This document shows, piece after piece, positions 32,546-40,491 of a stretch of 47,942 nucleotides of DNA; position 1 is the stretch's first letter, and each line of letters begins with the position of its first letter. The notes beneath the pieces were generated by a model, which made no database searches, was not told the origin of the DNA, and worked only from the letters and a program-made list of their open reading frames with translations. The translations under genes were made by a program, and so were the position numbers. The stretch comes from Thermogutta terrifontis (lineage in GTDB: Bacteria > Planctomycetota > Planctomycetia > Pirellulales > Thermoguttaceae), in NCBI GenBank assembly GCA_040393745.1, contig JBEBTM010000001.1, forward strand, positions 1 to 47,942. The letters run 5' to 3'.

Positions 32546-35500
32546 TCAGTCTTCGCGCTTCGTCGCACCGGCCAGGGCGGTGTAATATTCGAAACGTTCT
32601 TCGGCGTCCTTCTGGGCCTGTCCGATCAAGGCTTCGAACACTTCCGGCTTCGAACGGTTCAGGATGTTGAAGCGGTTCTGCTTCACGACGAAATCCTTGA
32701 TCGTTCCTTCCGGCTTCTTGTTCGTGATTTCGAACGGCTGTTCCTTGCGAGGATCGAAGGTGTAGAGCGGCCAGTAACCGCATTTCACAGCTTCTTTCTG
32801 CATGTCCAAGCCGATTTCCATGTTCTTCATGCCGTGCGCGATGCAATGTGCGTAGGCGATGATGAGCGAGGAACCCGGATAGGCTTCGGCGGCCCGAATG
32901 GCCTTGATGGCGTGGTTCGGGTTGGCACCGAGGGCGATTTGCGCGACGAAAACATTTCCATACGCCATGGCCATCATGCCCAGGTCCTTCTTTTTCGTCG
33001 GCTTGCCGCCGGCGGCGAACTTGGCGACCGCCCCCATTGGCGTGGCCTTCGACGCCTGTCCGCCGGTATTGGAATAGACTTCCGTATCAAGCACGAGGAC
33101 GTTGATATTCCGGCCCGAAGCGAGGACATGGTCCAAACCGCCGTAGCCGATGTCGTAAGCCCAACCGTCGCCGCCGAAGGCCCAGCAGCTCCGTTTGACC
33201 AGCGAATCGGCAGCCGAGAGCAGGTTCCGGGCGCACGAGCAGTCGTCGGTCTTGAGGAACGCTTCGGTTTTCGACTTGAGTTCGGCGACCAAGGCGCGTT
33301 GCTTCGCGATGTCGGCTTCGGTTTCCTGCGGGTTGTTCAGGATGCTGTCGACCAGTTCGGCGCCGATGTCGTCCCGCTGCGCGGTGAGAATTTCCCTAGC
33401 GAAGGCGTTCTGCTGATCGACGGCCAAGCGAAGCCCGTAGGCGAATTCGGCGTTGTCTTCGAAGAGCGAGTTGCACCAGGCCGGACCGCGTCCGTTGGCG
33501 TCCTTGGTGTAAGGCGTGGTGGGCAGGTTGCCGCCGTAAATCGACGAGCAGCCGGTCGCGTTACCGACGAGCATCCGGTCGCCGAAGAACTGCGTAATCA
33601 GTTTGATGTACGGCGTTTCACCACAGCCGGCACAAGCGCCGGAGAATTCAAAGAGCGGCAGCAGGAGCTGCGAACCCTTGATACCGTCGGCGTTGACATC
33701 GGCCCGGTCGGCATCGGGAATCGAGAGGAAGAAATTCCAGTTTTCCCGTTCGACGTCAATGTGCTGGATTTTGTCTTCCATGTTGATCGCCTTGCGACCT
33801 TCGACTTCCTTGTTCTTACCGGGGCAGTTATGCACACAAAGACCGCAGCCTACGCAATCGTCGGGAGCGACTTGAATGCACATCTTGGCACCGGGATATT
33901 CCTTCGTTTTCCAGTCGATCGAATGGAATTTCGAAGGAGCATCGTTCAAAACGGCCGGGTCGAATTTCTTCATCCGGATCGCGGCATGCGGACAGACCAA
34001 GGAGCACTGGCCGCACTGGAGGCAGACGTTGGGATCCCAGATCGGAATGTCGATCGCGATGTTCCGTTTTTCGTACTGCGATGTGCCGGTCGGGAACGTT
34101 CCATCGACGGGGAACGCCGAAACGGGCAACTCGTAACCGCGGGCAGCGAGGATTTCGCCGAGAACATTCTTGACGAACTCCGGCGGATTGCCCTGGGCAC
34201 CCATGTGACGGTGCTTTGTCGAAGAGGCCGTATTCGGATACTTGACTTCCTTGAGGGCGGCCAAGGCGGAATCGACGGCGTTGTAGTTCATTTCGACGAT
34301 TTTATCGCCTTTCTTGCCATAGGTCTTCTTGATCGCGGCCTTAATGTGCCCGATGGCCTCTTCGGTCGTCGGGAACAGGTTGGCGAGCTGGAAGAAACAG
34401 GTCTGCATGATCGTGTTCAGGCGGTTGCCCATGCCCGTTTGTTCGGCGACCTTAACAGCGTCGACAACGAAGAAGCGGACCTTTTTCGCAATGATTTCCT
34501 GTTGCAGTTCGACTGGGAGTTCCTTCCAGACTTCATCGGGACCGTAAGGCGAGTTGAGCAGGAATGTTCCGCCTTCTAGGAGCGGCTTGAGCATGTCAAG
34601 CTTCTCAGTAAAGACGAACTGGTGGCAGGCGATGAAGTTGGCCTTGCTAACGAAGTAGGAACCCTTGATCGGTCGGGGCGAGAAACGCAGGTGCGATTCG
34701 GTGACCGAGCCGGCTTTCTTGGAGTCGTAGACGAAGTACCCCTGAGCGGAAAGGTGCGTGTTTTCGCCGACGATCTTGGTCGTGTCCTTGTTCGCGCCGA
34801 CGGTTCCGTCGCTGCCCAAGCCGAAGAACAGGCAACGGATGACGTCGTCCGCTTCGGTCGAGAAGTTGGCGTCGTAATCCAGGCTCAGCTTCGTGACGTC
34901 GTCGTTGATTCCGACGGTGAATTCGCGACGAGGCTTATCCTTGGCGAGTTCTTCGTAGATGGCCTTGACCATGCAGGGTGAGAATTCCTTCGAGGACAGA
35001 CCGTACCGGCCGCCGACGATGGTGAGTTTCTCACCGGTCCAGTTTTCGGCAATCGCGGTGAGGACGTCTTGATACAGCGGTTCTCCCAGCGAGCCGGGTT
35101 CCTTGGTCCGGTCCAGTACGGCAATTTTTTTGACCGTCTTGGGCAAGGCGTTGACGAAGGCCTGGCCGTCGAAAGGACGGTAGACGCGAACGTTAACCAA
35201 GCCGATTTTTTCGCCGCCTTCGATGTGGTCTAGGTATTCTTCAATCACGCCGGTCGAGCTGGCCATGGCCACGATGACGCGGTCGGCGTCGGGGGCTCCG
35301 AAGTAATCGAAAAGATGGTAGGATCGGCCTGTCAGTTTGGCGAACTTGTCCATTTCCTGCTGGATGATGCCGGTGACCTTGTCATAGGTGGCATTGCAGG
35401 CTTCGCGGGCTTGGAAGAATACGTCGGGGTTCTGGGCTGTTCCTCGCAACAGGGGCCGGTCGGGGCTCAGCGAGCGGCTACGGAACGCGGCGATGGCGTC

Positions 35501-36094
35501 CATGTCGAGCATCTGCTTGATCACATCGTCGGAGAGCGGTTCGATCCGGTTGACTTCATGGGAGGTGCGGAATCCGTCGAAGAAATGCAGGAACGGAACC
35601 TTGGCCTTGTACGTCGCGGCATAGGCGATCATGGCCATGTCGTGAGTTTCCTGGATGGTTCCGCCGCAGATCATGGCCCAACCGGTACCCCGACAGGCGA
35701 GAATGTCGCCGTGGTCGCCGAAGATGGACAAAGCGTGTGTGGCGACGGTGCGGGCCGAAACATGGAAAACCGTGGGCGTCATTTCGCCGGCGATCTTGAA
35801 CATGTTCGGGATCATCAGGAGCAAACCCTGCGAGGCGGTGAAGGTGCAGGTCATGGCACCGGCCTGGAGGGATCCGTGGACAGCCCCCGCGGCGCCGGCT
35901 TCGCTCTGCATTTCAACGATCTGCGGCACGGTACCGAAGATGTTCGTCTTACCCTTGGCGGCCCATTCGTCGGCCAGCTCGCCCATGGTCGAGGACGGCG
36001 TAATAGGGTAAATGGCCATGACTTCGTTGCAGGCATGGGCGATGAGGGTGGTCGCTTCGTTTCCATCGACCATTTTGAATTGTTTTGCACTCAC
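32546..36094 (-). CDS. nifJ: Pyruvate:ferredoxin (flavodoxin) oxidoreductase
   Basis: 1182 aa. GTG at 36094 is preceded by AGGAGA, with an alternative ATG at 36073 (MVDGNE). Motifs are AIYPITPSS, two 4Fe-4S motifs (CLQCGQCSLVCPH and CVGCGLCVHNCP), the TPP region GGDGWAYDIGYGGLDH and the single-chain PFOR length. Confidence 0.95.
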   Translation of the reverse strand: MSAKQFKMVDGNEATTLIAHACNEVMAIYPITPSSTMGELADEWAAKGKTNIFGTVPQIVEMQSEAGAAGAVHGSLQAGAMTCTFTASQGLLLMIPNMFKIAGEMTPTVFHVSARTVATHALSIFGDHGDILACRGTGWAMICGGTIQETHDMAMIAYAATYKAKVPFLHFFDGFRTSHEVNRIEPLSDDVIKQMLDMDAIAAFRSRSLSPDRPLLRGTAQNPDVFFQAREACNATYDKVTGIIQQEMDKFAKLTGRSYHLFDYFGAPDADRVIVAMASSTGVIEEYLDHIEGGEKIGLVNVRVYRPFDGQAFVNALPKTVKKIAVLDRTKEPGSLGEPLYQDVLTAIAENWTGEKLTIVGGRYGLSSKEFSPCMVKAIYEELAKDKPRREFTVGINDDVTKLSLDYDANFSTEADDVIRCLFFGLGSDGTVGANKDTTKIVGENTHLSAQGYFVYDSKKAGSVTESHLRFSPRPIKGSYFVSKANFIACHQFVFTEKLDMLKPLLEGGTFLLNSPYGPDEVWKELPVELQQEIIAKKVRFFVVDAVKVAEQTGMGNRLNTIMQTCFFQLANLFPTTEEAIGHIKAAIKKTYGKKGDKIVEMNYNAVDSALAALKEVKYPNTASSTKHRHMGAQGNPPEFVKNVLGEILAARGYELPVSAFPVDGTFPTGTSQYEKRNIAIDIPIWDPNVCLQCGQCSLVCPHAAIRMKKFDPAVLNDAPSKFHSIDWKTKEYPGAKMCIQVAPDDCVGCGLCVHNCPGKNKEVEGRKAINMEDKIQHIDVERENWNFFLSIPDADRADVNADGIKGSQLLLPLFEFSGACAGCGETPYIKLITQFFGDRMLVGNATGCSSIYGGNLPTTPYTKDANGRGPAWCNSLFEDNAEFAYGLRLAVDQQNAFAREILTAQRDDIGAELVDSILNNPQETEADIAKQRALVAELKSKTEAFLKTDDCSCARNLLSAADSLVKRSCWAFGGDGWAYDIGYGGLDHVLASGRNINVLVLDTEVYSNTGGQASKATPMGAVAKFAAGGKPTKKKDLGMMAMAYGNVFVAQIALGANPNHAIKAIRAAEAYPGSSLIIAYAHCIAHGMKNMEIGLDMQKEAVKCGYWPLYTFDPRKEQPFEITNKKPEGTIKDFVVKQNRFNILNRSKPEVFEALIGQAQKDAEERFEYYTALAGATKRED

Positions 36095-36200
36095 TGAGGA
36101 AATCTCCTGATTGTAGGGTTGGTGAGAAACACGAAAGGGGGGTTCGCAAGAAAATCGAAACCGTCTCCACTATTATTGGTATTAGGTTGCTCCGCCTAAA

Positions 36201-36216
36201 TGATAAAATTTTATCA
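36201..36216. promoter_or_regulatory. Perfect 16-bp palindrome upstream of nifJ (candidate operator)
   Basis: TGATAAAATTTTATCA is its own reverse complement. It lies about 107 nt upstream of the GTG start in an AT-rich stretch. The binding factor is unknown. Confidence 0.3.
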
Positions 36217-36347
36217 AATAGTAATGAAGGCGTAAAGACCCGCGTGAGAAAAATCGGGCGCAAAGGAACAAGCCGTACCTTTGGGAAGATTACAGCCCAA
36301 AAGGATTCGGGGGCTACGCTTCGCTGTACATCCCGGCTTGGTAGCCA

Positions 36348-37589
36348 CTACAGCGACAGCGGCTCGTTGGCCAGTTGTCGTTCGTGCTTGGTCATTTCGT
36401 AAATATCCTTGAGAAGCTGGATATCACAGGGCCGCTGCTCCACATTGCGGCGGGCGAACATGCGGGCCTGGGTTTGGACCAGCGTTTCCACGGCCGTTTC
36501 CGTGACTTGCCCGAAATACCGGGCGTAGTTAACGAAGCTGGGCACGTTGGTCGTCACGAAACCGTAGACCATGCTGCATGCCCCGATGGTCTTGCCGGTG
36601 AAAATACTCGTGTTGATGGCCGTCTTGGCGTAATCGCCGATAAAACAACCGACGAACTGCATGCCCGTTTTGACCTTGCGACTCGAATACTCCATCACGA
36701 CTTCACCATAGGTATTCTTCAGGTCGCTGTTACAGGTGCCGGCGCCGAGGTTGACCCAACTGCCGAGGTAACTGTGCCCCAAAAAGCCGTGGTGCTGCTT
36801 GTTCGAAAACGGCTCGATGATCGACGCTTCCACTTCGCCGCCGACTTTCGAGGTACTGCCCAGCGTCACGGCGTCTTTCATGGCCGAATGTTCGATGATC
36901 TTGGCGTTTCGTCCGACGTAAACCGGCCCCTTGAAATAACAGTAAGGAGCGATGCTGACGCCTTCTTCGAACACGACGGGGCCCTCGCTGGAGTCGGTCA
37001 CGCAGTACTCTCCCAAAGGCCGACCATCGGCGGAAAAAACGCCATCGCCGATTTCCTGGTATTGGCCGTGAGTCAAACGGTCGGCGAGGTTATCGTTCAT
37101 GGTTCGGATCTGGTGTCGCACGATATCATGGACGTATTCGAACATGGGCACGTTGATTTCCAGCGTGGGCAGGTTCATATCGGCAATGATGCCGAGGAGT
37201 TGCGATGATCCGACCAGATCATGAGGTAGTGGATTCTGCCGAGAGAACAAGGCGCAGGCGACGCCGTTGTGGGTATTGACCACACCGGACTTGCCTTCGT
37301 GAATGAGGCGACGGAGCTGCTCGAAGAGCTGGACATGGGGCACCACGCGACCGTTAAGAATCAAAATGGGTTCGGAACGGTCCCCTTTGGCAGGAGTCCA
37401 GAGGTCGGGGAAATCCTGGTTGACAAGGGCTTTAAGATAAGGTCGAACAACGACTTCGATGTTGTCGGAGAGCCGTCGTGCCAAATCGATCAGGCGGTAG
37501 GTACCGCAGTTGATCGCAAACGTGGGCCGGGCAATCGTGGCCGGAAAAAGCTGCGGCGACAGGGAATCTTCGAAGAGAATGATGTGCAT
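36348..37589 (-). CDS. Putative sugar nucleotidyltransferase with left-handed beta-helix (alternative GlmU-like)
   Basis: ATG at 37589 gives MHIILFEDSLSPQLFPATIARPTFAINCGTYRLID. The C-terminal half carries hexapeptide-repeat character (IGDYAKTAINTSIFTGKTIGACSMV, LGSWVNLGAGTCNSD). Confidence 0.65.
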   Translation of the reverse strand: MHIILFEDSLSPQLFPATIARPTFAINCGTYRLIDLARRLSDNIEVVVRPYLKALVNQDFPDLWTPAKGDRSEPILILNGRVVPHVQLFEQLRRLIHEGKSGVVNTHNGVACALFSRQNPLPHDLVGSSQLLGIIADMNLPTLEINVPMFEYVHDIVRHQIRTMNDNLADRLTHGQYQEIGDGVFSADGRPLGEYCVTDSSEGPVVFEEGVSIAPYCYFKGPVYVGRNAKIIEHSAMKDAVTLGSTSKVGGEVEASIIEPFSNKQHHGFLGHSYLGSWVNLGAGTCNSDLKNTYGEVVMEYSSRKVKTGMQFVGCFIGDYAKTAINTSIFTGKTIGACSMVYGFVTTNVPSFVNYARYFGQVTETAVETLVQTQARMFARRNVEQRPCDIQLLKDIYEMTKHERQLANEPLSL

Positions 37590-37712
37590 GGTTGATTCCG
37601 TAATGCGCGGTGAGAGTGAGAGGCGGAACATGTCAGCTAGTCGGCCCATTTTAGCATACTATTTGGAGGCTGGAAACTGGAAAGCTAAAAAAAAGGAAAA
37701 ACGGACCGGGGC

Positions 37713-37741
37713 TTGAAGGGGCGAGAAGAAGATGGTAGAAT
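37713..37741 (+). promoter_or_regulatory. Candidate promoter of tRNA-Leu
   Basis: TTGAAG-N17-TAGAAT, with the -10 ending 18 nt before the first tRNA base. Confidence 0.5.
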
Positions 37742-37759
37742 CTGCCCGTTGCGTTCGAG

Positions 37760-37842
37760 GCCGGACTGGCGGAATGGCAGACGCGACGGATTCAAAATCC
37801 GTTCTCCGTGAGGAGGTCCCGGTTCAAGTCCGGGGTCCGGTA
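37760..37842 (+). tRNA. tRNA-Leu (anticodon CAA), class II with long variable arm, CCA not encoded
   Basis: Folded by hand. The acceptor is GCCGGAC/GTCCGGT (G1:U72). The D stem is GCG/CGC with GG in the loop. The anticodon stem is ACGGA/TCCGT with loop TTCAAAA. The variable arm is CTCC-GTGA-GGAG. The T arm is CCCGG-TTCAAGT-CCGGG, and the discriminator is A. Confidence 0.9.
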
Positions 37843-37876
37843 CTGCTTGTACCATAGGATTGCAACAATTTGAAAA

Positions 37877-37905
37877 AGCCTGCAATTCGCGGGCTTTTCG
37901 TTTTT
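37877..37905 (+). terminator. Intrinsic terminator after tRNA-Leu
   Basis: AGCCTGC-aattc-GCGGGCT forms 7 bp including one U:G pair, followed by TTTCGTTTTT. Confidence 0.6.
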
Positions 37906-38224
37906 CTTGTCCCCTTGTACCTGCTCTTGCTCCCAAAATGGTGCAGCGTCCCTACGCCGATTGTTACAAATGAAAGGCCCCATTTGGGTGGATTTGTGCT
38001 TTATCGAGGTAAAACCACTTGATTATCTCGATATTATAACATAGATTAAATGGGGAGTTTGTTAAAGGTATCTCTGAAAATAGATTTTCGGCCGCGGTCA
38101 TTTTTTGCCTGGCTGAGCGTGAGAGTCCTCGTTCCCCAATTATCTTTTGCGGCCGACAGTAAATTAAATTGTGACATGAACTGCCCGGCCGAACGATTAC
38201 ATCCACTTTTTGTCGAAGCATCGA

Positions 38225-40429
38225 ATGGCAAAGCGACGTAAGTATCAGGACGTCAGTGACTTGGCTCTTCCGGATTCGTCCAAAGCTGAAGGTCGAGGCC
38301 CACAGGATTCTCCGAAGAATCATTCTTCCACTCCACCGTCTTTCGCCTTCGGTCGTTTGATCGATATCCTTCAAAGGCCGTTCAAAGTGCTCGGTTCCCT
38401 TGTCTTCGGGGTAGCGATTATGATCGTTCTCGCAATGATCCTGGCTTGGGGCACGCTGATCGAAAAGACTTATGGTGCCGACGTTTCGCAGTTTTTTCTC
38501 TACAATACGACCTGGTTCGCCCTGCTCTTGGGAATCTTGGCCGTCAATATTCTCTGTTCGGCTCTGTCTCGCCTGCCCTGGAAATATCATCATTTGCCTT
38601 TTCTTTCGGCCCATCTCGGTATTCTGGTCCTCTTGGTCGGTTGCCTGGTTTCCTGGCTTCACAGCCAGGAAGGCCGTATCCTGCTTTGGGAAGGCTGGGC
38701 CGTTTCCGAAGCCAGCAACTCGCGGCAACAGGTTTTCACCCTCCGATCCATTGCCCATCATTCATCCGCCACGGACTTTGAAGACCAGTCTGTGCCATTT
38801 ACCTCCGGTCCGTTGCCTTGGCGCTATTATGACCCCAAAATCTGGGACGAGCAAATTCGCAGCTACCGTTTTTCGCTGGGACTCGCTTCTCGCTGGGCTC
38901 GGCGCGACCAGGGGCCGATGTCTCTACCCGCCGAGCTCAAAGGCGTCCAAATCGAACCACTCGACTACTTGGCCAACTCGGATACGGAGCCTGTCGATCC
39001 ACTGGAAGTCAACCTACTTTGGGCTCGACCGTTGCGTTCTCGGACCGAGACGGGTGAGATTTCCGAATCACCGCGAAATTGGGAGCGGGCCCGATTGGAA
39101 ATTCGGACGCATTCCCATCCCATGTTGGGTACCTTAACTCCTGCGGCCAATCGTTCCATGGCTGGCGGCGAACAAGTTTGCTTCTCCATGGCGGCGAACA
39201 TGGAAGAAGTGCGAGCCTTCTTGGCCTCCGCGCCCGATTGGACCAAGGAATCGGGTCCCCAGGGGCAGATCGTCCTGTACTATAACGGCGACAAACATTA
39301 CATCGACCCGCAGAAACTCCTGGAACACACGGTCGACGGCAAACGCTATCTGTTGCCGGGAACGAATCTGGAAATGGGCGATGTGCGTTTCCAGTACCGC
39401 ATGTTCCTTTTTCGGTTCAAAATTTACACGACAACGGGCGAAGAAGTCGCCATGCAGTTGCAGCCCCGATTGCCCGAACTGAACCAACAGGGCACGAAAC
39501 TGGGAATCTTCGGCACTTACTGGCTCTCGCCGCCGCCCCAGATGGCCCAGATACGGGAGCACATGGAGGGTTCCTCGATGGCCATGCTCGGCCTGCCCCG
39601 GCTGGAATTCCTTCAAGGTACGGACCGCAAGCTGTACTATCGCTACTGGACGGGTAAGGACGTTGCTGCGGTCGGGCCGGTTCCCATGACCGAGGGCGAT
39701 GACAAAGTCGGCCCGGAATGGACCATTGCCGTAGGAACGCCCGAGGAAGTCAAGGTTGCGGTCAAACAGTTCACCTATCAGGATATACCGGGTAAGCGAG
39801 TCGTTTCGCGACCCTTTCTCCAAGAAAACTCCATGGCGGTCGCCACACCCCGGCTTCGGGTCAAGGTGACCGTCGATGGGAAAGAGGAAATTTTCTGGAC
39901 CGAATTGGACGACTCCCATTACCCGAGCCTGTCTCGCTATCTGCCCGGCGACCGGCGTACGGTTACCTTCGTCTGGAATCACGAACAATTCGACCTCGGA
40001 TTCGGTATCCTGCTGAAAAAATTCGATGAGCGGACCGAGCCGGGCGGGAAAATCCCCTCGCATTTTTCGAGCTTGGTCGATTTCGGTCCTGCTTTGGCCA
40101 AGAAGGATTTGCCGCAGGTTCGGTACACGGAATTCCATGCGACCGAGGAAGACATCCGAATTTCGATGAATCGCCCCGCCATTCGCGAGGGCAACGGCAA
40201 ACGTTATCGGCTCTATCAACTGGAACGCCGTGGTCCTTTCACGCCGCTCCAACCGTTCTTTTTTCAATACAACGACGGCGAAATTTTCCCTTGGGAAACC
40301 GCCCCGCGTGAAACCGTTTATTGCAGCATCCTCAAGGCCAGTTACGATCCGGGTTCCGGCTTGAAGTACCTCGGCTCTTTCCTGATCGTCTTCGGAACCT
40401 GCTGGTTTTGCCTGAAAAAACGCAAATAA
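38225..40429 (+). CDS. resB: Cytochrome c biogenesis protein ResB/CcsB (System II)
   Basis: I prefer ATG at 38225 over the track's TTG at 38210. The N-terminus LGSLVFGVAIMIVLAMILAWGTLIEKTYGADVSQFFLYNTTWFALLLGILAVNILCSALSR is the ResB pattern. A large extracytoplasmic domain, a C-terminal TM and ccsA immediately downstream all fit. Confidence 0.8.
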   Translation: MAKRRKYQDVSDLALPDSSKAEGRGPQDSPKNHSSTPPSFAFGRLIDILQRPFKVLGSLVFGVAIMIVLAMILAWGTLIEKTYGADVSQFFLYNTTWFALLLGILAVNILCSALSRLPWKYHHLPFLSAHLGILVLLVGCLVSWLHSQEGRILLWEGWAVSEASNSRQQVFTLRSIAHHSSATDFEDQSVPFTSGPLPWRYYDPKIWDEQIRSYRFSLGLASRWARRDQGPMSLPAELKGVQIEPLDYLANSDTEPVDPLEVNLLWARPLRSRTETGEISESPRNWERARLEIRTHSHPMLGTLTPAANRSMAGGEQVCFSMAANMEEVRAFLASAPDWTKESGPQGQIVLYYNGDKHYIDPQKLLEHTVDGKRYLLPGTNLEMGDVRFQYRMFLFRFKIYTTTGEEVAMQLQPRLPELNQQGTKLGIFGTYWLSPPPQMAQIREHMEGSSMAMLGLPRLEFLQGTDRKLYYRYWTGKDVAAVGPVPMTEGDDKVGPEWTIAVGTPEEVKVAVKQFTYQDIPGKRVVSRPFLQENSMAVATPRLRVKVTVDGKEEIFWTELDDSHYPSLSRYLPGDRRTVTFVWNHEQFDLGFGILLKKFDERTEPGGKIPSHFSSLVDFGPALAKKDLPQVRYTEFHATEEDIRISMNRPAIREGNGKRYRLYQLERRGPFTPLQPFFFQYNDGEIFPWETAPRETVYCSILKASYDPGSGLKYLGSFLIVFGTCWFCLKKRK

Positions 40430-40491
40430 AAGGAAGTGAACAAGTCGCAAGTGATTGCCCGCTCCTCCTGACTCCTTGACTCCTGACAAAC

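Noticed and set aside
32834-34579. 581-aa ORF antisense to nifJ, also 35315..36097 (260 aa)
   Set aside because: PFOR motifs occupy the other strand across the whole span. The antisense product is R/G/D/V-rich and featureless.
36201-36216. Reading the nifJ-upstream palindrome as an FNR/CRP site
   Set aside because: FNR/CRP boxes are TTGAT-N4-ATCAA or TGTGA-N6-TCACA. Here the TTGAT/ATCA arms are 8 nt apart, so the spacing does not fit. I keep it only as an unassigned operator candidate.
37964-38761. 265-aa minus-strand ORF spanning the AT-rich tract and the resB 5' end, also 37685..37936 across the tRNA
   Set aside because: They overlap the tRNA-Leu or resB and show no motifs. Part of the sequence is low-complexity read-through of non-coding DNA.
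39134-40489. 451-aa ORF antisense to resB, also 41545..42498 and 43243..44133 antisense to ccsA
   Set aside because: These are shadow ORFs opposite well-supported cytochrome c biogenesis genes.
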